Shown here: in pieces, positions 30,664-44,148 of the stretch
Position numbering within the stretch: position 1 is the first letter of the stretch
Layout: the number at the start of each line of letters is the position of its first letter
NCBI GenBank assembly: GCA_965242525.1
Contig: OZ251459.1
Coordinates: 768,001-832,000, forward strand
From: an uncultured Candidatus Binatia bacterium
GTDB taxonomy: Bacteria > Desulfobacterota > Binatia > UBA9968 > JAJDTQ01
Length of the DNA: 64,000 nt
Direction of reading: 5' to 3'
Made by a program: the position numbers and the translations under genes
The notes under the pieces: generated by a model
What the model saw: the letters and a program-made list of their open reading frames with translations, nothing else
Database searches by the model: none
Told to the model about the DNA's origin: nothing

Positions 30664-31019
30664 GGTTTCCTCCTTTTCGGAACACCTGGGTTTGTTCGAG
30701 ACCTCTGCATGAAGCGGGTCTCCTTCCGTTACTGTCAACCACGATTCTCCGGCTCCGGTGAACGGCGACGCCTCCTGATTTCGTTCATGGCGTCACCGCC
30801 ATTGTATGTTGTTGCGAAAGACGCCCTTGAGAATGGAATAGAGAGGTCCGGCCCGGGTTCGGCGCCGGGACCGGGGCGCGGAACCCGAGGTCGGACGGAG
30901 TCCGGGTTCGGAACGGAGCGGGACGAGGGCCGGAAAGGAGCGGCCCGGCAGATGGATAAGAGGGAAAAGGGTAGAAAAACCCTTGTAAGTCGAACGGTTA
31001 GAAGGTTTCCGGAAAATCC

Positions 31020-31035
31020 GGGGGGGGGGGGGGGG
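31020..31035. repeat. G16 homopolymer tract upstream of the adhesin
   Basis: 16 consecutive G read directly. Confidence 0.9.
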
Positions 31036-31140
31036 CAGGTTGCCTCTCGTGGAGAGCCATACGGTCTTGTGCGGGAGTGATCTTCGAACCTGTCATGGGT
31101 TCCGGTCGGGTTGCGGCAACCGACCTGAGCTTGCCGGGAG

Positions 31141-31170
31141 CATCTACACACAAATCCCGGCGGGTGTCAA
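31141..31170 (-). promoter_or_regulatory. Candidate promoter for the adhesin
   Basis: TTGACA-18nt-TAGATG on minus strand; -10 is imperfect. Confidence 0.35.
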
Positions 31171-31386
31171 GGGGAGATTCGGCCTGTGTGGGTCAGCGCA
31201 AGGTGGTCCGGCTTCGGTCAACCGGTGACGGCGAAGAAGGAGTGATTGTTTCTACGACTCCCTCCGGCGCCGAGGGAGGCTCTTCCGGGACGCCATCTAC
31301 TTCCTTTTCGGTGGCCTGGACGCCTACCCCAATGGCGTCGCTCGAAGACCGCTTGCCCACACGAATTCCTGGGGTGTCCGTCTTTC

Positions 31387-31415
31387 TTGACATCGCGCAG
31401 GGAGCCGGTTAATAC
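31387..31415 (+). promoter_or_regulatory. Candidate sigma70 promoter for the amidohydrolase
   Basis: TTGACA-17nt-TAATAC. Confidence 0.45.
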
Positions 31416-31493
31416 CCGGACGGAACGGGAGCCCGCGCATGGTCCGCGGGGCGTCCCGCAGGGTGCGCGGTCCCGCAACACGAGGAGGCAACC

Positions 31494-32573
31494 ATGGGAA
31501 ACAAGTACCGGATCATCGACGGCGACGGCCACGTGGTGGAGGACATGGAGGCCATCACCGGCCGCTTTCCGGAGGCGGTGCAGCGCCAGATGCGCTGGTC
31601 CAACCCGTTCCCCCCGTTGGACCACCTGCATTCCGCCAACGCCCACCAGCTTCCGCCGGGGTCGTTCCAGCAGGTGGGGTTCGACGGCTGGGTGGAGTTC
31701 CTGGAAGACGTGGGCATCGAGCGGACGGTGCTCTATCCCACCGTGGGCCTGTCGTACGGCAAGGTGGTGAGCCAGGACTGGGCCATCGACCTGGCGCGGG
31801 CCTACAACGACTGGATCGCCGAGAACTACGTGCAGAAGAGTCCCCGGTTCCAGGCTGTGGCGTTGATCCCCTTGCAGGAGCCCCGGGCCGCGGTGGCCGA
31901 ATTGCGCCGGGCGGTGGAGGAGTTGGGCATGTGCGGCGCCATGCTGCCGTCCACGGGCATCCAGTTGCACCTGGGCCACAAGTACTACTGGCCCATCTAC
32001 GAGGAGGCCGACCGCCTGGGCTGCTGCCTGGGCATCCACGGCGGCGCCCACGAGAACCTCGGCATGGACGACCTGCACCCGTATGCCCCGGTCCACGCCC
32101 TGGGCCATCCCTTCGGACAGATGATCTCCTTCGGCGGCATCGTCTTCAACGGCATCTACGACAAGTACCCCAACGTGCGCATCGGTTTCCTGGAGGGCGG
32201 GGTGGCTTGGCTGCTCATGTGCCTGGAGCGCTTCGACCGTTCCTACGAGACCCACATCCAGCACGACCCCCGGGGCGAGTTCCTGCAGCTCCGGGAAGGC
32301 GAGAGCGTCAGCCAGTACGTGAAGCGGCACATCAGGGAAGGGCGCATCTTCGTGGGCTGCGAGGGGCACGAGCCGGACCTGGCCCACGCCATCGAGACCG
32401 TGGGGAACGAGCCCTGGGTCTATTCCTCGGACTTCCCCCACGAAGTCAACAACGAGTTCTGCAAGGAAGAGCTGGGCGAGGTCATGGACAGCGGGGACCT
32501 CACCGAAGAGGACAAGACCGCGGTGCTGTCCCGCAACGCGGAGCGTTTCTACAACCTGCCCGCGGGGCTGTAG
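31494..32573 (+). CDS. Amidohydrolase_2 family protein
   Basis: IIDGDGH, GIH, FLEGG, SSDFPH; RBS GAGGAGG. Confidence 0.9.
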   Translation: MGNKYRIIDGDGHVVEDMEAITGRFPEAVQRQMRWSNPFPPLDHLHSANAHQLPPGSFQQVGFDGWVEFLEDVGIERTVLYPTVGLSYGKVVSQDWAIDLARAYNDWIAENYVQKSPRFQAVALIPLQEPRAAVAELRRAVEELGMCGAMLPSTGIQLHLGHKYYWPIYEEADRLGCCLGIHGGAHENLGMDDLHPYAPVHALGHPFGQMISFGGIVFNGIYDKYPNVRIGFLEGGVAWLLMCLERFDRSYETHIQHDPRGEFLQLREGESVSQYVKRHIREGRIFVGCEGHEPDLAHAIETVGNEPWVYSSDFPHEVNNEFCKEELGEVMDSGDLTEEDKTAVLSRNAERFYNLPAGL

Positions 32574-32610
32574 GCCCGTAGCGGCCCGGGAGTGGGGGAG
32601 GCCGCGGGAC

Positions 32611-32856
32611 TCACCGGTCCTGGAGGATCTTCTCTAGCTCCTTCCGCTCCGCGTCGGTGATGCCGCCCGGGCTCGGGGGCGGGGACTCCTCCGGGGCCGG
32701 GCGCCGGGTGAAGTCGATGCCGTCGAACCGGAAGGTTGCGAGGCCCACGATCTCGTCCCGATAGAGCCACCCGAGGATCACCGCCAGTATGACGAGGGGG
32801 ATGAGCAGCCAGCTTCGGCGGCTCTTCTTCTTGCGCGTTCGTCGTTTCGCAGCCAT
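32611..32856 (-). CDS. Small single-pass membrane protein
   Basis: Basic N-terminus, one hydrophobic helix, charged C-terminal helix. Confidence 0.6.
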   Translation of the reverse strand: MAAKRRTRKKKSRRSWLLIPLVILAVILGWLYRDEIVGLATFRFDGIDFTRRPAPEESPPPSPGGITDAERKELEKILQDR

Positions 32857-32878
32857 TCCGTGAAGTCGCGCCCGGAGG

Positions 32879-33814
32879 TCAGTCCGTCAGCAGCGCCAGC
32901 TTCCCTCTGGCATGGCCTTGCCGGCTGAGCTCGTGGGCCTTGCGGACCTCCCCAAGGGGGAACGCGGCGTCCACGTGGACCCGGAGGCGTCCGGCCTCCG
33001 CCAGTTCCGCGATCTCCCGAAGCTGGGTCCGGTCGGCGCGCACCGAGACGTGCTGCGCCCGAACCCCGCGGGCCGAAGCCTCATCTTCCCGCGGCCTCCC
33101 CCGGATGGAGGCCAGCGCGCCGCCGCGTTCGAGGACGCTCCAGGAGCGTTCCTGGGTCTCGCCGCCCACGCCGTCCAGCACCACGTCCACTTCCCCCGCC
33201 TCGTCCTCGAACCGGGTCTCGCGGTAGTCGATGAAGCCATCGACCCCCAGCTCGCGCAGGAACTCCCGGTTGCGGGCCGACGCCGTGCCGATGACGCGGG
33301 CGCCTTTCCACTTGGCGATCTGGACCGCCAGGTGGCCGACGCCCCCCGCGGCCGCGTGGATCAGGACCGTCTGTCCGGCCTTTAGGTCCGCGGCGTCGAA
33401 CAGGGCCTGCCACGCGGTCAGGGCCGCCAGCGGCAGCCCGGCCGCCTGCGGGTGGTCCAGGGGACCGGGCTTGGCCACGAGGTCCGCCACTGGCGCGGCC
33501 ACGTATTCCGCGTAGCCGCCGCCTCCCCAGGGCCACCGCACCATGCCGCAGACGGAGTCGCCGGTCTCGAACTCCGACACCCCGGGCCCCAGCGCCTCGA
33601 CCACGCCCGACACGTCCCACCCCGGAATGAAGGGGAACGGGTCCTCGAGCCGCTGCGCGATGGCCTCGCCCGCGCAGGTCTTCCAGTCCACGGGGTTCAC
33701 TCCCGCGGCGTGGATGCGCACCAGAACCTCGCCTTCCCCCGGCGCGGGCATCGGCGCGTCTTCGACCCTGAGGCTGTCGAGCCCGCCGAACTCGTGTATC
33801 CGTACCGCCTTCAT
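32879..33814 (-). CDS. NADP-dependent MDR oxidoreductase (quinone-reductase-like)
   Basis: MKAVRI, AAGVNPVD, HAAAGGVG, GHARGKL. Confidence 0.92.
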   Translation of the reverse strand: MKAVRIHEFGGLDSLRVEDAPMPAPGEGEVLVRIHAAGVNPVDWKTCAGEAIAQRLEDPFPFIPGWDVSGVVEALGPGVSEFETGDSVCGMVRWPWGGGGYAEYVAAPVADLVAKPGPLDHPQAAGLPLAALTAWQALFDAADLKAGQTVLIHAAAGGVGHLAVQIAKWKGARVIGTASARNREFLRELGVDGFIDYRETRFEDEAGEVDVVLDGVGGETQERSWSVLERGGALASIRGRPREDEASARGVRAQHVSVRADRTQLREIAELAEAGRLRVHVDAAFPLGEVRKAHELSRQGHARGKLALLTD

Positions 33815-33829
33815 GGTATTCCGGAACTC

Positions 33830-33962
33830 GGAACCTCTGAACGATCGAGACGGAGGCAAGAGCCCGTCCTTCGACTCCGCTTCGCTACGCTCAGGACGAA
33901 CGGGGACAGGACGGTCAGAGTGAGGGAATCCATCCCGGATTTCCCGATCGTTCAGATGTTCC
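33830..33962. mobile_element. MITE-like element alpha, both ends present
   Basis: GGAACCTCTGAACGATCGAGA / TCCCGATCGTTCAGATGTTCC around the core; no clean TSD. Confidence 0.78.
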
Positions 33963-34092
33963 TTCCACTATTGCCCGTAAGGGGCGTCCTTGGCAAGCCG
34001 ACGCCGGCGACCCGGGCGCCGGACCACTCCCGGCGCCGCGTCAGGACCGGCTCTCCTCGTCCCGGTCGAACATGCGCCGGCGCCGGGCGCGC

Positions 34093-35418
34093 TCAGTGCG
34101 CCCGGCAGGTCCAGTCCCGGCCGCCCCACAGGTCGGCGCCGCCCACGATGGCGTCCGCGGCGTCCAGGGTCATGGGGTCGAAGGCCGACACCACCGGGGC
34201 GCCCGGGTAGTTGAGGACCGGGAGCCGTTCGTACGCGCCCACCACCCGATCCGCGGCCGGCAACTCCAGGGCGCGGTCGCGGCTGCCGGTGCTCACCACC
34301 GCGTCCGCGGCTTCGTCGTAGAACAGGAGCGGCGAGTCCGCGCCGTCCTTGCCGCCGTACTCGTAGGTGACCAGCACGGTCTTGATGCCCCGCTGCTCGC
34401 AGGCGCGCACGGTCAGCATCACCTCCAGGAAGGCGTTGCCGGAGCCGAGCCACGTGAGCAGCGCGGCTTCCGCTCCCAGGGCATGGGCCACTTGCGCCGC
34501 GTTGTGGGCGGCCACTTCCTTTTCCCGGAAGCTCTCGAAGCGTATGCGCTGCAGGATGACGCCGGCGAAGTCGAGCCGGCGGCCGTGCTCCCGGGACAGT
34601 TGCAGGCACAGGGGCTGGTTCTGCCAGTCCCAGGTGGTGGGGTAGTAGGCCACGGTCTTCAGGGTGTTGCCGGTGACGGCGCCGTCGAGCAGCTCGTTGG
34701 GATGGACCACGGTGGAAAGGGACTCGCGCACCGGCAGTCCGTAGTACCCCAACCCCGAAGGCAGGTGCTCCGACTCGGTGATGCAGCCCACGATCACCAC
34801 CGCCCTGGGCAGGCCCGGGTTGCCGTGGGCCGCGCCGTGGGTGTCGATGCCCGCGGGCTCCGCGGCGAGGGTCGCCTCGGCAAGCCTCTGGGCCACCCGG
34901 TACTCCGCGGCCTGTATGGCTTGGTGGGCCTCGGCCTCCACGAGGCCCGGGGGGAGCCGCAAGGTCAGGACCAGGCCCGGCAACCGGCTGAACCCCGTCA
35001 ACTCCGCCCCTGGCCCCCACATGTCGAGCATGGCGCTCCGCTGGGAAGTGGTGCCGGTGCGGATGACGCCCTCGTACTCGGCGGTGGTGATGAGGGTCAT
35101 GCCCGACAGCCGGTGGGTGCGGCCGGCGCCCACGGGGACCACCGGATTGGTGACCCCCGGGAACACCTGGCCGGGGCCGTGGACCTTGACCCGGGGCTCG
35201 GCCACGTCCCGGACGCCGGTGACGCGGACGCGCTCCCCGGGCCGCACCGAGTCGAGCCGGGCGGAGAGTATCCGGGGGTCCTGCGAAGCGACCGCCGCCA
35301 GCTCCGCTTCGTCCGCTTCCAATGTGCGGCCGGCGTACCGCAACGGGCCGCCCAACCGAATCTCGTCCACCGGGAAGTGGGCCAGCTCCAGCGGGCCGGC
35401 GCGTCCGCCGCGGCTCAT
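34093..35418 (-). CDS. Glycine/sarcosine/betaine reductase component B alpha/beta-type (GrdE-like) subunit
   Basis: VRDVAEPRVK, VGAGRTHRL, HPNELLDGA, GIKTV...E, AVVSTG; ATGA overlap with the upstream grdB-like gene. Confidence 0.8.
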   Translation of the reverse strand: MSRGGRAGPLELAHFPVDEIRLGGPLRYAGRTLEADEAELAAVASQDPRILSARLDSVRPGERVRVTGVRDVAEPRVKVHGPGQVFPGVTNPVVPVGAGRTHRLSGMTLITTAEYEGVIRTGTTSQRSAMLDMWGPGAELTGFSRLPGLVLTLRLPPGLVEAEAHQAIQAAEYRVAQRLAEATLAAEPAGIDTHGAAHGNPGLPRAVVIVGCITESEHLPSGLGYYGLPVRESLSTVVHPNELLDGAVTGNTLKTVAYYPTTWDWQNQPLCLQLSREHGRRLDFAGVILQRIRFESFREKEVAAHNAAQVAHALGAEAALLTWLGSGNAFLEVMLTVRACEQRGIKTVLVTYEYGGKDGADSPLLFYDEAADAVVSTGSRDRALELPAADRVVGAYERLPVLNYPGAPVVSAFDPMTLDAADAIVGGADLWGGRDWTCRAH

Positions 35419-36743
35419 GGCGCGGGGTCCGGGGTGAACACGGTGCTCTCCCGCACCTCTTCCCCGAGGGCCTTCAGGGCGGTCTCGACGATGGACTTGC
35501 GCAGTTTCTCGTCCACCTCCGGCGGCAGGCCCGGGTCGCCGCAGGGATGGGGGATCTTGACGCCCTTGACGATGCGGCTGGCGCCCACCTGCTCGGCCAG
35601 GGGGAACATGGCGCTGATCATCGACACGGGCACGCCGGCACGGTCCAGTTCCTTGCTGATCACAGCTCCGCTGCGACTGCACGTGCCTCACGTGCTCACC
35701 AACAGCGCCGCGTCCACGCTGTTGGCCTTGAGCTCCGCGGCGATCTCCCGGCCTACCCGCCGCATGGCCGAGGGCGACCCCTGGTTGCCGGGGATGACGT
35801 AGTAGGCGGGGTAGAGGTCGTCGTACTTCCCCTCCCGCTGCAACTCCCGCAGGGCGTCCAGGGGGACGCCGTAGAGGGGGTTGGCGTTCATGTGGGCCAC
35901 GTTGTAGCCGCCGTGGACCGCCTCCCACACGCCGGGGTCCATGGTCTTCAGCTCGGCCACCGGATACTTGCGCCAGAAGGTGTTGCGGAACGTCTTGAAG
36001 CCGTCCGGGTTGCCCCAGGGCACCACGCCGCTGGTGGTCACCAGCGCCACCCGCGCCTTGTCCACGTGCCGGACCGCGGCCGCGGGCGCCACCCGGTCCC
36101 AGGTCTGCATGGGGATCTCGGTGGCGAAGGGCCGGCCCTGGAGCTTGTCGAAGAGCATGTCCAGGGCCCGCTCGGCCCCGGTCCGGCCGGCCCGCTCCTG
36201 CACCCGGATGCCCCGGGGCAGGTAGCCCTCGTCCGCGGCGGCGCCCATGGGTTCGCCCCGCAGCAGCTTGAGGACGAACCGGCCCAGGCGGTCGAGGGCT
36301 TGGCCCATGCCCGCGGCGGTCTCCGCGGTGGGCAGCAGGAAGAGCCTCGGGTCGTGGAGCTCCCGGTAGGCGTCCACCGCGGGGTTGTCCGGGTGCATGG
36401 CGGTCACGCACGCGCAACCGAGTTCGGCCGCGGCCGCATGGCCCGCCTCCACGCAGGCCAGACCGTAACGGCCGGCGCCGAACGCCGGCCCGAGCATCAC
36501 CACGTGGGGATCCACCGCGGCCAGCTCCCGCAAGAGGACGGCCTTGGCCTCGTCGGGCCGTTGATGGAAATAGTCGTCGCCGAAATAGAGGGTGGGAGCC
36601 ACTTCGGCCCGGTCCTGCAACAGCCGCTGCAACCCGCGGGACGGCCCGGCAAGGGCCGCGAGTTTCCCTGCGGCAACGTCCGCCCGGTCCTCGCCGCCGA
36701 TTCCGGCAAAGAACTGGTTGACCACGTGCGCCACACGTTTCAT
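35415..36743 (-). CDS. Glycine/sarcosine/betaine reductase selenoprotein B (GrdB-like), Sec at in-frame TGA 35688-35690
   Basis: VNQFFAGIGGE, GPAFGAGRYG, HGGY, LVST-U-GTCSRSGA; frame continues to PHPCGDP. Confidence 0.9.
35660..35676 (-). promoter_or_regulatory. Bacterial SECIS-like hairpin
   Basis: mRNA UCGCAGC-GGA-GCUGUGA starting 11 nt after the UGA, apical G. Confidence 0.7.
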
Positions 36744-36939
36744 GGTCGGCCTCCTTGGCGTGCTGTTTCGCGTTCCACCGGAACACGGTAGCGAAGACCC
36801 GGATTCCGCGCAAGCGTTGCTCGTGCCCGGAACAAGCCGGGGCGGCTGGCCGGCTCCGCGCACGAGCCGGCCACGGAAGGGCCGAAGAGCACAGCAAGGG
36901 TCGTCCCGGTTGACGAAGCACCGCCCCCAAGTTATGGAA

Positions 36940-37140
36940 GAAACCCTGAACGATCGGGACAAGAGGGCATGAGCGCGTCCTTCGACTCCGCTTCGCTACG
37001 CTCAGGACGAACGGGGATAGGACGCTTCACTACGCCCGGGACGAACGGGGATAGGACGCTTCACTACGCCCGGGACGAATGGGGACGGGAGGGTCAGGGG
37101 AAGGGAACCCATCCTCGATGTCTCGATGGTCAGGCGTTCC
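36940..37140. mobile_element. MITE-like element alpha with internal 34-bp tandem duplication
   Basis: GAAACCCTGAACGATCGGGAC ... core ... (GGACGAACGGGGATAGGACGCTTCACTACGCCCG)x2 at 37005-37072 ... GTCTCGATGGTCAGGCGTTCC. Confidence 0.75.
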
Positions 37141-37153
37141 GGAAATATCCAGC

Positions 37154-37240
37154 GCCGGGATGGTGGAACAGGTAGACACGCGGGACTTAAAATCCCGCGG
37201 GCGCAAGCCCGTGCCGGTTCAAGTCCGGCTCCCGGCACCA
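37154..37240 (+). tRNA. tRNA-Leu(TAA)
   Basis: Acceptor GCCGGGA/TCCCGGC+ACCA, anticodon arm CGGGA-CT-TAA-AA-TCCCG, long variable arm, GGTTCAAGTCC T-arm. Confidence 0.97.
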
Positions 37241-37366
37241 GCGCGGCGGCATCGATCTGGCACATGGACTCCGGTTCCTGCCCCAGCGCCGAAGGAAACT
37301 CTGAACAACCACTCCCCCGCACGCATGTGGATAGACCGGAGGCAAATGCCTGCACCGGCGCCCGAA

Positions 37367-37464
37367 GGAAACCCCGGACAACCACCCCGTTCGTCCTGAG
37401 CGTAGCGAAGCGAAGTCGAAGGACGCGCTTTCCCGAGGGAGACCCGGCATCGATCGAACGTCCC
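37367..37464. mobile_element. MITE-like element beta with 4-bp TSD; additional orphan end at 37294
   Basis: CGAA|GGAAACCCCGGACAAC ... reverse core ... GATCGAACGTCCC|CGAA. Confidence 0.75.
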
Positions 37465-37490
37465 CGAAGACGCCCGGTCGGTTCACGCCC

Positions 37491-38603
37491 TCAGCGCTGG
37501 GTCAGCGGCACGTTGCCGAACTTCTCGCGGATCTCCCGGGCGATGTGCTCCAGGGCCTGTTCGCGTCTGTCGTAGAGACGCTTCAGCGGGCGCGGCGGGT
37601 GTCGGTGGATGGCGTAGGCGGTCATCAGCGGCAGGGCGATGGTGCTGTCCACGTAGCACACCACGGAGTCGGGAAGCCGGTCGGGGTCGACCTTGCCCCA
37701 GCTCACCGCCTCCGCGGGCGTGGCCCCGGAAAGGCCCCCCGTGTCCACCCGCGCATCGGTGATCTGGACGAAGTAGTCGAAGCCCTTCTCCTCCAGCCCC
37801 AGCACCTCCTGGATGTGGGGCTCGGTCTGGAGCAGGAAGTTCTTGGGGGACCCGCCGCCGAGTATGACCGCGGCGCTCCGTCCTCCGGCGCGCTTGGCCT
37901 CCAGCACCAGGGCCGCGGACTCGTTCACGTCCCGGGACACGTCGAAGCGCAGCCCGTTGCCCTTGAGGGCCAGGGCGGCCACGTTCATGCCGATGGAGCT
38001 GTCGCCGGGCGACGACGTATAGACGGGCACCCCGCTGCGGTAGGCCGCGGCCAGCAGCGAGCGCCGTTCGAGCCCCAGGACCTGCTCCCGCTCGTGGAGG
38101 TACCGGCCCACCCGGTAGTGCATCTCCGCGGTCCCCATCTCCTTCTGGAACTCCGGGGCCTTCAGGACCTCGCGGAAGAAGTCGTCGGTGGAGATGAGCA
38201 CATCGTAGTCGAAGAAGATGTCGTAGATGCGCACCACGCCCTGTTCCCGCAGGTCCACGTCGTCGGCGTCGGGCTGGCCCCGGTGCATGGACAGGCCGAT
38301 GGCGAAGTGGGTGTCGTGGTACAGGTTCGCTCCGGTGCTGACGATCCAATCCACGAAGCCGTTCTCGATCAGCGGGATGAACGCGGTCATGCCGAGGCCG
38401 GCGGGCGTGAGCGCGCCGGTGATGCTCAGCCCCACGGTGACGTCGTCCGCCAGGATCTTCCGGGCGAAGAGTTGGCACGCCTCGCGCAGTCGTCCGCTGT
38501 TGTAGGAGACGAAGTTCTCGTCGATGAGGCCGGCGATGGTGGTGGCGGCGTCGATGGGCCTGGGGTCGATCTTCCGGCCCGAAAGGAGCGAGGGTTTGCT
38601 CAT
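37491..38603 (-). CDS. Deoxyhypusine synthase-like protein (likely homospermidine biosynthesis)
   Basis: [40 protein letters not shown] with active-site Lys. Confidence 0.9.
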   Translation of the reverse strand: MSKPSLLSGRKIDPRPIDAATTIAGLIDENFVSYNSGRLREACQLFARKILADDVTVGLSITGALTPAGLGMTAFIPLIENGFVDWIVSTGANLYHDTHFAIGLSMHRGQPDADDVDLREQGVVRIYDIFFDYDVLISTDDFFREVLKAPEFQKEMGTAEMHYRVGRYLHEREQVLGLERRSLLAAAYRSGVPVYTSSPGDSSIGMNVAALALKGNGLRFDVSRDVNESAALVLEAKRAGGRSAAVILGGGSPKNFLLQTEPHIQEVLGLEEKGFDYFVQITDARVDTGGLSGATPAEAVSWGKVDPDRLPDSVVCYVDSTIALPLMTAYAIHRHPPRPLKRLYDRREQALEHIAREIREKFGNVPLTQR

Positions 38604-39385
38604 GGCCGTTCCGGTCGGAGGACTTGGGGGGCCGACGCCCGGGCCTGCTCCAGCTTGCGCCGCCGGATTTGCAGGTAGGCGTTCCGCGCCGCGCCGTAGG
38701 GGTCGATGCTGCGCTCCAACTGCTCGAACGCTTCCCGGTTCAGGGCCCGGGCGTTCACGAGGCCGACGCCGCGGATGCTCAAGGGCACGTAGTAGGGAGT
38801 CAGCCACCTCATGGGGTTCATCAGGGAGTCCGCTACCGTTCCCACCCCGTCCCTTACGGTGGTCACCGGCAGCAGCGGCAGCACCAGGTAGGCGCCGTGG
38901 CCGAGGCCGTACAGGCCCAGGGTGGCGCCCATGTCCTGGTCGTCGGTCTCCAGTCCCAACCTCTCGGCCATGTCGAAGAACCCGGCCACGCCCAGGGTGC
39001 TGTTGACCACGAAACGGGCCGCCTCCCGGCCGGCCCCCACGGGTTTCCCCTGCAGCACGTTGTTGACCACTTTCCTCACCACGTCGAGGTTGCCGATGGC
39101 GTTGCGGATCCCGTTCTGCACCGGCGTGGGGACCACCGCGGCATAGCCCCGGGCCACGGGCTTCAGCAGGATCCGGTCGAACCCCCGGTTGAACTCGAAC
39201 ATCCTGTCGTTGAACGGCTCCAGCGGGTCGTAGGGGGCGTCCCGGGTCGTCGGCGCCGCGAAGCTCGGCCTATCGCCGTCCGGCGCTTGCGCGCCCGTGT
39301 TCCCCGACCCGTCCTGGGAATAGGCCGGTTGCAGCAGGGCCAAGTGGAACAGCAGGAACAGGAGCGGTAGAATCGGGGTTCGCAT
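38600..39385 (-). CDS. mlaA: VacJ/MlaA family protein
   Basis: [41 protein letters not shown]. Confidence 0.88.
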   Translation of the reverse strand: MRTPILPLLFLLFHLALLQPAYSQDGSGNTGAQAPDGDRPSFAAPTTRDAPYDPLEPFNDRMFEFNRGFDRILLKPVARGYAAVVPTPVQNGIRNAIGNLDVVRKVVNNVLQGKPVGAGREAARFVVNSTLGVAGFFDMAERLGLETDDQDMGATLGLYGLGHGAYLVLPLLPVTTVRDGVGTVADSLMNPMRWLTPYYVPLSIRGVGLVNARALNREAFEQLERSIDPYGAARNAYLQIRRRKLEQARASAPQVLRPERP

Positions 39386-39452
39386 GGGTGTCGAGCGGTT
39401 CAAGGTTCCGCGCGGGATACCACCACAGCCCCGTGAAATCAACCGGCATCGT

Positions 39453-42610
<3,158 letters not shown>

Positions 42611-42614
<4 letters not shown>

Positions 42615-42793
42615 CGCGGTTCCTTACGGATACGGACGAACGGAATCTCGCGTCCGCGTCCGCGGCGATCGGGGATCTCGATTTCCGTTCCACGCGGGGC
42701 GTTTTCGACCAGCCACTTGCCCAGAGACTTGGGACGTGACTGCTCCTTCGTCTCCCGGACCTTGGGCGGGGAACACTTCGACGGTTTTCTCAT
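42611..42793 (-). CDS. Small basic protein resembling an antitoxin C-terminal segment (possible remnant)
   Basis: [21 protein letters not shown]...REIPF; GTGA overlap with hsdR start; start uncertain. Confidence 0.4.
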
Positions 42794-42939
42794 TATGCTG
42801 AGCAATGTTACTCCGCATGGCGAGCAGCGCAACCATTCCGTTCCGACCATCCGATTTCCTCATCCCTTGAGGGGGAGGGTCAGCCGCCGTCCCTTCCTTT
42901 CGCATAGCTTCGGTGATGCCGGTCACCGCTCCTCTCCGG

Positions 42940-44148
42940 TCATGGTTTCAGCCAATCTCCAACCGGCTTCGACAGGAAAGTTTCCACGTCGATGCCGTCG
43001 CCGCCCACCAGCAGTTTCCGCGTCGGTCGAAACGCCTCGGAAAAAGCGCCCATGCCGGCCAGTGTGTCCGCGGCGCGTCCGCTCTTTACCTCGATGGCCA
43101 CCAGCCTGCCGCCGGCGCGCACGACGAAGTCCACCTCGCGGTTGCGCTCGCGCCAGTAATGGACAGCGCATTCGCCCACGGCCGCGGCATTGGCCAAGTG
43201 GGCGCCGATGGCCGACTCCACCAGCCGCCCCCAGAACGTGCGGTCTTCGCGGGCCTGTTCGAGGGTCGTTCCCGCCTGGGCGGTGATGAGGGCGGTGTTG
43301 AACACCTGGAGTTTGGGGCTCGACGCCCGTTGCCGCGCCGCGCCGCCGGAGTATTTCTGCAAGCCGGTGACCAGCCCCGCGCCGGACAGCATGTCGAGGT
43401 AGTGCGCCAACGTGGTGGCGTTGCCGGCGTCCTGAAGCTGCCCCAGCATCTTGTTGTAGGAAAGGATCTGGCCGGAATAGGCGCACCCCAACTCCAGCAC
43501 CCGGCGCAGCAAGGCGGGCTTGTCCACGCGGGAGAGGAGCAGCACGTCGCGGGAGATGATGGGTTCGATGAGCGAGTCGCGGACGTAGCGCGCCCAGCGG
43601 TCCGGCTGCCGGACCAGCGGCGCTGCCCCGGGATAGGCGCCGTAGAAGATGTACTGGTCGAGAGACCAGCCGAACGCCGCCCGCATCTCGACAAAGCTCC
43701 AGTGCGGCAGACGCAGCATCTCGAAACGCCCGGCCAGGCTCTCGCCCAGCCCGCGCTCCACCAGCAGGGGAGCGGAGCCAAGCAGGACCACCTTGAGCGG
43801 CCGGCCCGTGCGGGTGTCCGCATCCCACAGGCGCTTGACGGTCTCGGACCAGCCCGTGACCTTCTGCACTTCGTCGAGAACGAGGAGCGCCCCGTCCGCG
43901 TCCGCCTCGTCCGCGAGGCTCCGCGCCGCCTCCCACTGCTGCTCGATCCACTGGACCCCGCGCAAGGTCGGCTCGTCCGCGCTGGCATACCGCGTCGGCA
44001 GGCCGGATCGCCGCGCCGCCCGCTCCGCCAGCGTCGTCTTGCCCACCTGCCGCGACCCGGCAACCACCTGGATGAACCGCCGCGGCTCCCGCAGCCGCCC
44101 GGCCAACTCTTGGGTCTGTGGCCGGGAATAGGTTGACGATTTACTCAT
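42940..44148 (-). CDS. AAA+ ATPase, AAA_14 + DUF4143-type C-terminus
   Basis: GSRQVGKTT, LVLDEVQ, LLGSA, ESLAGR, EVDFV...AIEVKSG. Confidence 0.9.
   Translation of the reverse strand: MSKSSTYSRPQTQELAGRLREPRRFIQVVAGSRQVGKTTLAERAARRSGLPTRYASADEPTLRGVQWIEQQWEAARSLADEADADGALLVLDEVQKVTGWSETVKRLWDADTRTGRPLKVVLLGSAPLLVERGLGESLAGRFEMLRLPHWSFVEMRAAFGWSLDQYIFYGAYPGAAPLVRQPDRWARYVRDSLIEPIISRDVLLLSRVDKPALLRRVLELGCAYSGQILSYNKMLGQLQDAGNATTLAHYLDMLSGAGLVTGLQKYSGGAARQRASSPKLQVFNTALITAQAGTTLEQAREDRTFWGRLVESAIGAHLANAAAVGECAVHYWRERNREVDFVVRAGGRLVAIEVKSGRAADTLAGMGAFSEAFRPTRKLLVGGDGIDVETFLSKPVGDWLKP

Noticed and set aside
34093-36930. 945-aa ORF as a GrdB-GrdE fusion
   Set aside because: Only the part from 35418 downward is GrdE-like; the upstream part is an off-frame shadow of the grdB-like gene
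36744-36939. Glycine riboswitch upstream of the grdB-like gene
   Set aside because: Only a GC hairpin (TGGCCGGCTC/GAGCCGGCCA); glycine aptamer motifs not seen
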